Virus record (IMG/VR): IMGVR_UViG_3300011113_000287
Location: 28,156-92,155 of that record
Length of the DNA stretch: 64,000 nt
Strand: one strand, 5' to 3'
From: a virus
In this document: positions 45,671 to 55,347 of the stretch, one piece after another
Numbering within the stretch: position 1 is the stretch's first letter
How the letters are laid out: each line of letters starts with the position of its first letter
Position numbers and translations under genes: made by a program
The notes under the pieces: generated by a model
Seen by the model: the letters and a program-made list of their open reading frames with translations, nothing else
Told to the model about the DNA's origin: nothing
Database searches by the model: none

Positions 45671-48468
45671 TACGAGTTCCTCACAGTCATCATTTGCATC
45701 TCACGTTCAATGAGTTTAGACACCTCTTTGGCAAGGCGAGCCGCATCAACAGGCGCAGACCCCGTTGAAGTTACATTTATAGTCGGATTGATATTGTAAG
45801 AATTGTTATTGGTTGTTGAGTTAGCAACTGCTTTTTGAGACGACATCACTTGTTGTTTAGGCATTGGCATATACCCAGTATCAAACGGGTCTCCAGTTAC
45901 AGGCAGCCCAACAGAAGTTGCTACTTCTTTTGCCCACTTTACTGTTGTGTCTGGAATACCACCAAGCGGATTACCACCGTGGCTCCAATGTTTAATACCT
46001 TTTCCGTCTCCGTACAACATACGTGCAGCACGCACGTTTACATTTGGGTCAAACAATTCTTCGTCGTTTGTAATTCGGTATTGTTTGCGACGACCAGGAC
46101 CCAAATCTCCCAACATGTTGATTTGGTACAATCCGTAAGAATCGTCATCACTGTCTCGTACATGCGCCCTAGGGTTTAAACGAGATTCACGCCAAGCAAT
46201 AGCAAGCATCTTCCAAACATCATTCTTTTGGAAACCTTTTTTCTCAAGCATCCTGGCAAGGTCTTGTGGGTTGACAGCGTTACCACTAAGGTCAACATTA
46301 GACTTGGTTTTGCTCGCAGTGCCTCGGTCTTTGTCCTTTTGACCAAACTTCTTTTTTGGATTGCCCAAATTAAGCCCACCAACGCCCTGTTCCTGAAACA
46401 CCGCCATAGATTCTGACATGGACAGTTGTTGTTTAATCTCTGCTCCCATGACCATGCCGACTCCAGATTGCCCTTCTGGACCAGTTTCCGTAATTACGCC
46501 AACGGTTTCTGGGGTGTATTTTGTTTCTGGGTCTTCAACGGTTCCGTACGTAGCGCCTTCTTCTTCGTAATGTCGTCGGCTTGCAGGAACGGCTTTTGGT
46601 TGCACGTGCCATGGTTCTCCGTGACGTGAGAACTCATCAAGACCGTATTTGGCTGCATTTGCCTGTAGGTATTGCCTATCAGCATCCGAAGCAAACACAA
46701 GGTCTGCCGCCAACCCAATCTCGTGATATGACAACCCTGGAGGAGCAGCCATTGCCACTCCTGGTTTTTTCTCCCAATAAGACCCATCCCAGTATGTGTT
46801 AGTTTCTTTGTCCGTGCGGTAATACCGTTCCAAAAACATTTTCTTCTGGGCTTCTGCGCTTCGGTAACCCTGTCCAATTGAGATACCAGGGCGGTCAGAC
46901 AACAAGCGTGAAAGAGGTTCACGAAGGACTGGCTTTAATTGAGAAAGTGCAGCAGTGTTTTGCGGTTTTGTGGTTGGGTTTTCTTTGGCAATGCTCCCAG
47001 GACTTGCGGCCCCACGCTCGGCGGCATCGCCAAAAAAACCGCCAACCGCAGAACCTATTCCATATCCAGCCATTGCGCCCATGGGACCACCGCCGCCAAT
47101 AAATCCAGCAATGCCGCCAAGAATGCCAAGCCCTGGTCGCAGCAAATCACCAAATCCACGAACATTGGTTTTTGCCCCAATTACACCAGATAGTCGGTCT
47201 TCAAACTCTTTCAAAACTTTGTTTACATTTTGAATGTTTTCTTCCATTTGTGCATAATTGTCAGCCTGACGTTTGTACATCTGCTCTTCACGGTCCATTC
47301 GTACACGGTCAGTTTCTTCAGCCTGGGTTGCATAGTTATCTTCAATACCCATAAGTTTCCTATGGCCTTTTTGCGACGGGTCATAGAAACCAGTTCCGCC
47401 TTTTTCACGGAAACTAATATTGGATTCGGCGTATTGCAACAACATATCCTGTGCGCCCTCGTCCAGTCCAGCCATTGCCATGCGTTGACGAAGCATTGAC
47501 CCACTTTGACGACCACCCTGAATAACTTCACGGTTGTTTAAGCCAAGACGTTGAATAAGGTCCTGATTGACTTGTTGAGCAGACTTTTGTTTACCGCCTA
47601 TACCATAAAGGCTGGTTCCAGTCATCATGAACATTTGGTTTACAGTGTCAGCCTGTCCCATACTCTCAATGTAGTTAGTGATGTCCCCAGCAGAATACGC
47701 ATAGCCAGACAACGCACGCATAGACTCAACAGAACTTGCTTGCATTCGTGCGCTAAGCCCCGTTCGGGATTGCATGGCAAGAAGTTCGTTGATTCCGCCA
47801 GCCCCTAATTTGTATTGACGCAAAGGGCCACGTAATTGCGTCATTACGTCCATCTGACTCATTCCGTACTGTTGCTGTAATTGGACACTGAGCCTGTCAG
47901 CAGGAAGTGCGTAAGCCTTATTTCGGTCTACACGGTTGTCAATTGTTGCTCCTACGGCTTGTATTGCTTGACCAGCCACTTGAACATAAGGGTTGTTACC
48001 AAACGCCTTTAATCCCCCAAGAATCTTCCCGCCACCGCCGCCACCAAGACCCATTCCAGATGCGATACCACCGCCCTTTCCAAGCGCCCCCAGGATGCGT
48101 TCAACGCTCTGCAACTGCATCTCACGCATTGCATTAATGTCAGCAGCAGCAGGCATGCCCTTAGACGTGTCCATGTAGCCAGCACCGCTACCCTTACCAG
48201 TAACCTTGCCCATGGCAGTTGCTGCTTTATTTAATTGGGCGGTAAGGTCTTTTGCCTCTTTGGTTAAAGAACTAAACTTATCTTTAATTTTTTTGACGTT
48301 GCCGTCAAGTTTGGTAAGTTCTTCGTTGAGACCCTTAAGCATGGTCAAATCAACGCTTAGGCGTGAGTTAACAACAGAGTTACCCATGGCGCTGGCAGCA
48401 GCACCTTCGGCGGGACTATCCCCGCCTAGACCGCCTCCTGCAAGATTAGGTTCGTTGTTTGCAACCAC
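45670..48468 (-). CDS. tape measure protein with M15 peptidase and lytic transglycosylase domains
   Basis: coiled/Gly-rich N-terminus; GYRS, SYHEIGLAAD, EPWH; AIAWRESR, YGLYQIN. Confidence 0.88.
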   Translation of the reverse strand: MVANNEPNLAGGGLGGDSPAEGAAASAMGNSVVNSRLSVDLTMLKGLNEELTKLDGNVKKIKDKFSSLTKEAKDLTAQLNKAATAMGKVTGKGSGAGYMDTSKGMPAAADINAMREMQLQSVERILGALGKGGGIASGMGLGGGGGGKILGGLKAFGNNPYVQVAGQAIQAVGATIDNRVDRNKAYALPADRLSVQLQQQYGMSQMDVMTQLRGPLRQYKLGAGGINELLAMQSRTGLSARMQASSVESMRALSGYAYSAGDITNYIESMGQADTVNQMFMMTGTSLYGIGGKQKSAQQVNQDLIQRLGLNNREVIQGGRQSGSMLRQRMAMAGLDEGAQDMLLQYAESNISFREKGGTGFYDPSQKGHRKLMGIEDNYATQAEETDRVRMDREEQMYKRQADNYAQMEENIQNVNKVLKEFEDRLSGVIGAKTNVRGFGDLLRPGLGILGGIAGFIGGGGPMGAMAGYGIGSAVGGFFGDAAERGAASPGSIAKENPTTKPQNTAALSQLKPVLREPLSRLLSDRPGISIGQGYRSAEAQKKMFLERYYRTDKETNTYWDGSYWEKKPGVAMAAPPGLSYHEIGLAADLVFASDADRQYLQANAAKYGLDEFSRHGEPWHVQPKAVPASRRHYEEEGATYGTVEDPETKYTPETVGVITETGPEGQSGVGMVMGAEIKQQLSMSESMAVFQEQGVGGLNLGNPKKKFGQKDKDRGTASKTKSNVDLSGNAVNPQDLARMLEKKGFQKNDVWKMLAIAWRESRLNPRAHVRDSDDDSYGLYQINMLGDLGPGRRKQYRITNDEELFDPNVNVRAARMLYGDGKGIKHWSHGGNPLGGIPDTTVKWAKEVATSVGLPVTGDPFDTGYMPMPKQQVMSSQKAVANSTTNNNSYNINPTINVTSTGSAPVDAARLAKEVSKLIEREMQMMTVRNS

Positions 48469-48471
48469 CGA

Positions 48472-48621
48472 TTAGCCTCCAGTGGAATTTCTCCAACGAG
48501 CCATACGAAACCAGTATGCTCGTTGACGAATTGTCATGGACTTCAGGTCGTTAAGACCAAAACCCCTATACGTAGAGGCAATCGCTTCGTACTCCCAGTA
48601 TATTCTGACCAGATTAGCCAA
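48472..48621 (-). CDS. small tail-assembly chaperone (gp51-like; not in ORF track)
   Basis: IYWEYEAI...DLKSMTIRQRAYW; +1 frame overlapping upstream stop. Confidence 0.6.
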   Translation of the reverse strand: MANLVRIYWEYEAIASTYRGFGLNDLKSMTIRQRAYWFRMARWRNSTGG

Positions 48622-49411
48622 ATAGAAGTGAGACCCAATCTAGTGCTAATACAATCTTAGCATTACAGTGGGCGCATTGGGTTTCCACCTCTTCCATGCG
48701 AGGCCCTGGCTGCGCTGAGAAGAGGGTCTTGATGACCTTATTACGGTCAGCCAATGACAACCCCCTTGCCCACGCCTCTTTTTCAGCAGTGGTTTTACCG
48801 TCTAGTAACACGCATCGGGCAAGCATGAGCGTGTTTTGTTCTGCCGTGGTCTTCCCACGTTTGCTGACAAACTGGCTGTCTCCGCCAGTAGGGTAGCGCA
48901 ATTGAACGGCTGACTTGTTCTTAAGTTTAACCTCTAATGGCTTATGAAGGTCATGCTTGGGGTCTTCCATTTTAAAATCAGTTTCAAGGTCCATTGTTAC
49001 GTCGTTACTTTCCTCACACTCACGACAAGTGACCTGAAACTCCCTGTAACGACCATACGTTGCTTTGAGCACGCCCAGAAACAACAAATCACGGTCACCC
49101 GTAATCAAATCATCTACGAGTTCCGCACGCCCATTGATTTCAACATTCCCAATGCTGACAACACCACGCTTCAACAATTGTGTCATGTATTCCGAATATG
49201 TGACGTTTTTCTGAACGTCATATGCCGCCAATGCTTCTTCATCCGTTCCATTCAGTTCACGAACGGTGGCAGAAGTAAACCACTGAGAGGAGGCGGGGTC
49301 GTACAAACCACGCAACAAGTCAACTTTTAGGCTTGTTGGAAGGTCAATTTTTGGTGCAGGGTCCTGCAAGGCGTCGTTGACGGCTTCGGCAGAAGATGCC
49401 AAATCACTCAT
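48614..49411 (-). CDS. tail/baseplate assembly chaperone (T4 gp26-like)
   Basis: VRELNG.DE, GDRD.L, CREC, CAHC. Confidence 0.75.
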   Translation of the reverse strand: MSDLASSAEAVNDALQDPAPKIDLPTSLKVDLLRGLYDPASSQWFTSATVRELNGTDEEALAAYDVQKNVTYSEYMTQLLKRGVVSIGNVEINGRAELVDDLITGDRDLLFLGVLKATYGRYREFQVTCRECEESNDVTMDLETDFKMEDPKHDLHKPLEVKLKNKSAVQLRYPTGGDSQFVSKRGKTTAEQNTLMLARCVLLDGKTTAEKEAWARGLSLADRNKVIKTLFSAQPGPRMEEVETQCAHCNAKIVLALDWVSLLFG

Positions 49412-49451
49412 ATTGTGCTCCTTGTAATAACGTTGTTGTTAGACGGTTAGT

Positions 49452-50093
49452 TTAGCGAATGGTTCCGATGTTGTTGATATCTGCTTCCGTGAAGGCGACG
49501 TAGAAGCCCTCATGGTGAACGGTCATCTGTTGAATCAAAATGCCGTTGTCGCCAGCGTTGAGACCGTTCATCGCAAAGACACCAGGCCAGCAATTGAAGA
49601 GTCGGAACGCAAGTTGAACACGACCAGGCTTGGTATCACCATTGGGCAAATCCGTTGCCTGATACGAGCCACCGATTCCGTCATTGCGAGTGTACGGGTG
49701 GTCAAAGACTCGCACAACAATGTCGCAACGATAGTCGTTTGCACCACTCTGTTGCAACAATCCAGTGCTTCCAGTAGCCGTGCTACCTTGCTGCCACGAG
49801 TGGATGAACGTCTGCCACTTCCACATTTGGTCCTGTCGGGCAAACACACCACGACTAAACGAAACGGGCGGGAAGTCAGACTGACCCACCATCTTGTGTG
49901 GGTGCGTATTCATTCCACCCTCACGGTAAGCAATGAGTTCGTTGGTAACGCTGAGACCCGACATTTCGGCAAAGCCCAAACCGTCAAGACCAACGCCAGT
50001 TGAACCAGTGTGTCCCGAAAGGTTTGGTCCACCTACAATCTGAACTTGGAATTTAAAGTTACGAAGCGGGTCTGTGCGCTGTGAAATAGGCAT
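49452..50093 (-). CDS. tail tube protein (gp19-like)
   Basis: DPLRNFKF, YREGG, FSRG, NCWP, HEG. Confidence 0.92.
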   Translation of the reverse strand: MPISQRTDPLRNFKFQVQIVGGPNLSGHTGSTGVGLDGLGFAEMSGLSVTNELIAYREGGMNTHPHKMVGQSDFPPVSFSRGVFARQDQMWKWQTFIHSWQQGSTATGSTGLLQQSGANDYRCDIVVRVFDHPYTRNDGIGGSYQATDLPNGDTKPGRVQLAFRLFNCWPGVFAMNGLNAGDNGILIQQMTVHHEGFYVAFTEADINNIGTIR

Positions 50094-50102
50094 GATTACT
50101 CC

Positions 50103-51590
50103 TTAGAGGTTTTCCGTGAGGGAAGAGCCGCCAGTAAACTGGCTGACTTCAATGACAATGAATTCGGCGGGAGTTTGCAGTGCAACCCCGACCTCAACAT
50201 GGACTTCCCCGTTTTCAATCGTGTTTGACGTGTTGTTCGTTGAATCACACAAGACGTAGAACGCCTCGTTTGCGGTGCGACCCTTGAGTCCACCAGCCGC
50301 CCAGAATTCAGCAAGGAACTTGGACAGACGGACTTGAATGGTCGTCCACAAACGGTCATTGTTTGGTTCAAAAACCGCAAACTCCGTCAAACGCCTTGAC
50401 TCTGCCTTAATGTAGTTAAGACTGCGACGTGTTGGAACAAACTTAGTGATATCGGTCTTCTTCAAAGTACGAGCACCATTGACGATTACACCAGCACCAG
50501 GAACGGTTTTCAACGTGTTGACGTGTGCATCGTAAAGGGTTCCTTGCTCCGCTTCCGTAAACGAGGTCACAAGACCAAAGGCTCCACGAATGTCGTAGGC
50601 GTAACCAGCGGGTGCCTTGGCAACCGTGCGCTCAGCCTCAACACGTGAGTACAGCCCCAAGAGTGCACCACCAGGAGCGGTGTCACGGATGGCTGCCGCA
50701 CCAGTCTTTGATGGGTCTACCATCTTCAACTTTGGATAGTACACAGCGCCGTAAGAAGACGCACTGTATGCGCTAGTTGCGGAAACAGCGTCAGCGCCGT
50801 TTGTGACCGAAGCAGGGTCAATGACCACAAACACATCACCACGAGTTTCCGCATAAGTAAGAGCGTTGTTCACCACGGCAGCCGTCGTCATATTAACAAG
50901 GTTGATAACTAGTTCTTCGTTAACTGCGTCAAAGCGGCTAACTGCGTCATTCCAGTCATTGTTGACAACGCCAGTACCATTGGAACCAGAAGCCAACGAC
51001 GAGTTTGACACAGCCGTGACCGTAAACGCCGAAGTGTACGTCGCTACGTTAGAAACACGGATGTAAGTTGAATAAGTATTCACAACCGTCGTGAGATAAC
51101 GATTTGACGATGGGTCAAGACTGACCTCACCCCAACGCTCAACTTCGGCACCGCTCAACTTTACAATCAAATTAAAAGTCGGCTCATTACCAGTAACAAG
51201 GCCAGCAGTAGTGGTAACCGTAAGACTATTGCCCCATGTGCCAGGGTTTTCAGCAGTGACTACAAAGACCGTAGTAGAACCACCTCCATTGACAGTTCCA
51301 GCAACGTTTACTGAAGCGGCAGCAGCGTGTGACGAGTCATACACACGAGAAACAAACGCACTGCGACCACCGTTTGCAAAATAGTGATAAACGGCGTACG
51401 GCAAATCATAAGCAGTGTCAATATCTCCGTACAGTGCCTTGTACGCAGTCCACGAGTTCACTCGTGTTGGGATAACTGGGCCACGGGAAGTCGTGCCGAC
51501 AAAACCAGCAGAAACCGTTGCCGCACCAGCGGTGGACGTGGTAGCAAAAGCGCCTTCTGTGACGTAAACGCCAGGTCGTGAATAAGCCAT
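50103..51590 (-). CDS. tail sheath protein
   Basis: RPGVYV, YYP, KAPAG, GARTL, FAVFEPN, PAEFI. Confidence 0.95.
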   Translation of the reverse strand: MAYSRPGVYVTEGAFATTSTAGAATVSAGFVGTTSRGPVIPTRVNSWTAYKALYGDIDTAYDLPYAVYHYFANGGRSAFVSRVYDSSHAAAASVNVAGTVNGGGSTTVFVVTAENPGTWGNSLTVTTTAGLVTGNEPTFNLIVKLSGAEVERWGEVSLDPSSNRYLTTVVNTYSTYIRVSNVATYTSAFTVTAVSNSSLASGSNGTGVVNNDWNDAVSRFDAVNEELVINLVNMTTAAVVNNALTYAETRGDVFVVIDPASVTNGADAVSATSAYSASSYGAVYYPKLKMVDPSKTGAAAIRDTAPGGALLGLYSRVEAERTVAKAPAGYAYDIRGAFGLVTSFTEAEQGTLYDAHVNTLKTVPGAGVIVNGARTLKKTDITKFVPTRRSLNYIKAESRRLTEFAVFEPNNDRLWTTIQVRLSKFLAEFWAAGGLKGRTANEAFYVLCDSTNNTSNTIENGEVHVEVGVALQTPAEFIVIEVSQFTGGSSLTENL

Positions 51591-51668
51591 TGTGAATTAC
51601 TCCTTAGAAAAAGTATACCTTAAATAACGGGACTTTACACGTAGTAGTGAATGTAGTATTCATAGAAG

Positions 51669-52397
51669 TTAATCAGAAAACGCTTCTGAAGAACCCTCAG
51701 CCATGTTGTAAACGCTTCCGTTGACGCTGTTGATTCGTTCAACATTGCCAACAATTTCCTCCACCGCATGACGACCAACAATGCGAGATGATGGAATCTC
51801 TGCGGTCATTTGTACGGTGTAAACCTTACGAAAAATACGCTTGCGATAGCCTGCTTCTGGGTCAAGAAGGTCAGCCGTTGTCCAGTCCAGCAGGTCAAGA
51901 CGTCGGATGGTGTTGTCTGCGCCAATGTCAATAAAACCACGACGCCATGGAAATACTTCAGTGAGCATCTTTGCCGTCAACTGACGGTCATGCAATGCTG
52001 TTCGGGTAAACGTTGAAACCTGGTACAACAAATCAACGGGAACATGTTCGTTTGCCTCCAGATACCCATAATTATTTTTACCAGTTTTAAAACTAAAATC
52101 ACTAGAAACGCTAGGCCAATAATCCATTCGGTTAGACGAATTGGCTGGAATAGCGGGAACATTCCCTGCCCCAGTTCTAAAAAAGATGTCCGATTCAGAA
52201 TGTTGGCGGTTTCTGGCATGAATAATGTCAATATGCTCAATAGTGATAAACGGATAGGAACGCTCGGTTTCACCTTCTGGATAACGGAAAAAGACTTCAA
52301 CAGGACGGGCATTATTGCGGTCATCCGTAACCGTCAAATTACCAAGAATACCTTTTACGGCTTCATCTTCGGCAAGGAGGAACCCTACACGGCTCAT
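51669..52397 (-). CDS. tail terminator/completion protein
   Basis: YPFITI, YQVSTF.R; precedes sheath. Confidence 0.6.
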   Translation of the reverse strand: MSRVGFLLAEDEAVKGILGNLTVTDDRNNARPVEVFFRYPEGETERSYPFITIEHIDIIHARNRQHSESDIFFRTGAGNVPAIPANSSNRMDYWPSVSSDFSFKTGKNNYGYLEANEHVPVDLLYQVSTFTRTALHDRQLTAKMLTEVFPWRRGFIDIGADNTIRRLDLLDWTTADLLDPEAGYRKRIFRKVYTVQMTAEIPSSRIVGRHAVEEIVGNVERINSVNGSVYNMAEGSSEAFSD

Positions 52398-52822
52398 CGG
52401 TACTTTTCTTTCAACTTGGCATGAACCTTATTGGCAATACGGTCACCCAGTTCTTTTTGATTACTAATGGCATGAGACCGCAACAAAGGTTGTGGGGCGT
52501 TCTGTTTAGGTACTCCGTACTCCAAATCAGTTGCGACTCTGGCATTTGTTGTACGTTGGTCCATAACGCCAAATTCAAAATTACCCGTTTTTTCGTTGTA
52601 ACGGGATTCAAGGTCAGCCGAAACCCTCGCCCATGCAGTGCTGGACTCTTTTGCTTTTTTACGAAGTTCTTTTGTTTCTTCTTGAGCAACTTCTTTGATA
52701 GATTTAGCCAACGCTTTTGCGTATTCCTTAGACAAGAATTCTGCGTACTTTACAATTTCTAAAGTGCCTGATAAGAACGACGGTCTAGAAGAACGGGCAG
52801 ACGGCATTGATTCAGTGCTCAT
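52394..52822 (-). CDS. neck/tail completion protein
   Basis: LEYG....P.PLLR; position. Confidence 0.55.
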   Translation of the reverse strand: MSTESMPSARSSRPSFLSGTLEIVKYAEFLSKEYAKALAKSIKEVAQEETKELRKKAKESSTAWARVSADLESRYNEKTGNFEFGVMDQRTTNARVATDLEYGVPKQNAPQPLLRSHAISNQKELGDRIANKVHAKLKEKYR

Positions 52823-52884
52823 AGCACTCCGATTCTTCTAGGCAGTTGTACCCTTTGACGCTCGTCAAAGTTAAACCAATTTTA

Positions 52885-53424
52885 TCAGATAGTGGGAAGC
52901 GAAGAAGGCCAAGGAAGAGACGAGACACCGCTAAACGTGGTTGTAGGGTCAAACGGGTATTCCTGATTCATGTATATTTCCAAGCCTTCAACAACGATAA
53001 TAATGTCGTCTCGTGCCCTGCCTCGTACTTTGTACGACGTTACAGTGAAGTACCTACCGTCATAAATAAACAGGTCGTTTAGATGCTGTTTGTATTCAAA
53101 CGGGTCGGTTATCCCAGCCCTGCGAAACTCATCAATAGATGCCACAAAATTAACAACTTCTACGGGCTGGCGACCTTCAGGAATAGAGCGTTTTTGGTCT
53201 TCAGTTTCGGTAATCATTAAGACAGGAACGACCACCCCGTTTTTGTATTTACGACCACCCGTTCCAGAAATACCCTCGTCGTACACATGGTCGTAATAGG
53301 AACCGCTTGCGCTTGCCGCCGCCCCAAACGGTAGAAACTCGTACCAGACTACGTGTTCACCAGCATGTCGGCTGTATTCCCTGTAATGCTTGCGAATCAA
53401 GTCCAGTTCAACACGGGTATCCAT
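52885..53424 (-). CDS. head-closure/stopper protein
   Basis: position in neck cluster; beta-rich. Confidence 0.55.
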   Translation of the reverse strand: MDTRVELDLIRKHYREYSRHAGEHVVWYEFLPFGAAASASGSYYDHVYDEGISGTGGRKYKNGVVVPVLMITETEDQKRSIPEGRQPVEVVNFVASIDEFRRAGITDPFEYKQHLNDLFIYDGRYFTVTSYKVRGRARDDIIIVVEGLEIYMNQEYPFDPTTTFSGVSSLPWPSSLPTI

Positions 53425-54233
53425 TAAAAGAATCCAGTGTTGTAAAGACTGCCTGGTGGTGTTGTATCAACAAACACGTCCTCACGCAATTCGTCCTCTT
53501 GGTTAGCAATGTCAATTGTGCCCCTATCTCGTTCTGGGAACACTCGCTTAATCGGACCATAATCACCAATTTCACGGGCAACGTAAATCGGCACGTAGCG
53601 GTTGGTGGTGCGAGACACACGGCTTAGCGTCATTACTTCAATGCGGTTTACGCCAATGTTCAACGCCTTGGCCTGATTCTCGTACTCTTTTTGCCAATAC
53701 TCAAGAAGGCTCTGCACCATTCTGTATCGCTGGCTTCCAGGAATATGAACCGACTCAGAAGTCATCACGTCAATATCACGGCTGTACTCTCCCAATAAAG
53801 CCCACAAGGATTTGACAACTGTCGCTAATCCAATCGTATTGATAACGATGTCTGACATGTTCTCAAGCGGAACTGACAAATTATAAACGTGCTCTTCAAT
53901 GGCATGGTGTGCGTAGTAAGCCATGTCGTCTGGAGAAACCCATTCGTAATAGTAACCTTCAACCATCAAACGACTGTTGGGGGCAGGGGTTGCTCCCAAA
54001 CGCACAATACCGTTTCTGGAATCAAGAGAGAACGCCGACGCTGCCAATTCGTTTGCGGCATTTGAAGTGTATACGGCGATGTACAAACTGTCTTTATCAA
54101 TGTTTGGATGACCCAGTTCGTAAGTCCTGGAAACGTTATCAAACGCAACCTGAAAAAACCGTGGAAAGTCACGGAGATACGAACGTGCAATTTCTGTAAC
54201 CTTGTTTGTAATTGCTTGGTCAAAATGTGCCAT
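53424..54233 (-). CDS. head-tail adaptor/neck protein
   Basis: position; DIDV...V.IP.SQRY. Confidence 0.55.
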   Translation of the reverse strand: MAHFDQAITNKVTEIARSYLRDFPRFFQVAFDNVSRTYELGHPNIDKDSLYIAVYTSNAANELAASAFSLDSRNGIVRLGATPAPNSRLMVEGYYYEWVSPDDMAYYAHHAIEEHVYNLSVPLENMSDIVINTIGLATVVKSLWALLGEYSRDIDVMTSESVHIPGSQRYRMVQSLLEYWQKEYENQAKALNIGVNRIEVMTLSRVSRTTNRYVPIYVAREIGDYGPIKRVFPERDRGTIDIANQEDELREDVFVDTTPPGSLYNTGFF

Positions 54234-54236
54234 AAA

Positions 54237-54392
54237 CTATTCGTCCGATGAGTCTGGGCCAGGAAGCGTGTCTTCTTCTGGCGAATTGATAGAGGGTTGC
54301 GTCTCACGATGACGACGAACGGTTGTTCTCTTAATTGCTAAGATGTCTTCAACCGTTCCAGCAGGACGTGGAATTGGGCGTTCTAAAGACAT
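54237..54392 (-). CDS. 51-aa hypothetical protein (not in ORF track)
   Basis: MSLERPIPRPAGTVEDI...; fills the gap between genes. Confidence 0.5.
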   Translation of the reverse strand: MSLERPIPRPAGTVEDILAIKRTTVRRHRETQPSINSPEEDTLPGPDSSDE

Positions 54393-54397
54393 AGTTT

Positions 54398-55012
54398 TTA
54401 ACTGAATACCTGTCCACCAATTACAATGCCAGCGTCCCCACCGTCAATAGTAGTAACAATGGTTGCGTTTACCCAAGCGGTTCCATTCCATTGAAGAACT
54501 TGATTTGTAGAAGGAGACGGTGCGGTTACGTCAGACAAACTATCAAGGGTTGTAGGAACTGGGACATTAGAAAGAACAAAAGCACGTTTATCAATAATGT
54601 CATTGGCAACAATTGATTCATTTGTTCGGCGCAAAATAGCCGCTAAAACCACGTCCGTGCTTGGGAGGGCAGGAAACACTGGATTGGTGGTGCTGGCAAC
54701 GCCAGTGATGGTTTGAATAGTCACTGCGCTGCTTGCATAGCGTGCTACCACTAAGTCAAACCTATTTCCAGACGAAGGAGCAGCGGATAGGGCGTAAGCG
54801 CCGTTGGCAGAAAGTGAGTAGTCAGTGCCCTCATAGGCAATAGTGCCCGAAGCAACGGCAACGGTATTGCCAGAAACTGCGGTTACGGCAGCGTTAGAAA
54901 CAACGCCTTTTCTACGGTTGCCTAGGATTTCAAAATCTACACGGTCTGGCTCTGACTGGTCTAGTGTTGATTTGTCAGTATCAGGGGCATTGGGAATTGT
55001 AAACCCTGGCAT
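54398..55012 (-). CDS. virion structural protein
   Basis: RFDLVV, VLAA, DKR; LDSLSDV..QVLQWNGTAWVN fibre-like segment. Confidence 0.65.
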   Translation of the reverse strand: MPGFTIPNAPDTDKSTLDQSEPDRVDFEILGNRRKGVVSNAAVTAVSGNTVAVASGTIAYEGTDYSLSANGAYALSAAPSSGNRFDLVVARYASSAVTIQTITGVASTTNPVFPALPSTDVVLAAILRRTNESIVANDIIDKRAFVLSNVPVPTTLDSLSDVTAPSPSTNQVLQWNGTAWVNATIVTTIDGGDAGIVIGGQVFS

Positions 55013-55020
55013 GTTACTCC

Positions 55021-55257
55021 CTACTCAAGAGTGTCGTAAATATTACCATTCTTACGCAGGTAGTTGTACAAATCCTTGGGGATGTTGAATCGTTTTCCGT
55101 CCACAAAATTATACACCGAACCGCCCCAGTACATGGTCCATGTACCTTTGACACGGGCTTGCTTCAAGTTGCTTTCTTCCGTAGGAACGGGCATTGCAAC
55201 TTCAATCTCGGTATCGTCTTCAACGGGTTCCGCAAACTGATTACTTTTCTTAGCCAT
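55021..55257 (-). CDS. hypothetical protein downstream of capsid
   Basis: 78 aa, AGGAG RBS. Confidence 0.7.
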   Translation of the reverse strand: MAKKSNQFAEPVEDDTEIEVAMPVPTEESNLKQARVKGTWTMYWGGSVYNFVDGKRFNIPKDLYNYLRKNGNIYDTLE

Positions 55258-55290
55258 GATTATCTCCTAGTTGTGTTCCGTAAAGTATAG

Positions 55291-55329
55291 CGGGGTCGGT
55301 GGGTGTTTATTACCACCCATCCGACCCCG
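55291..55329 (-). terminator. hairpin after major capsid gene
   Basis: CGGGGTCGG-TGGGTG / CACCCA-T-CCGACCCCG. Confidence 0.7.
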
Positions 55330-55347
55330 ACTATTCGGTTGTCGCTA

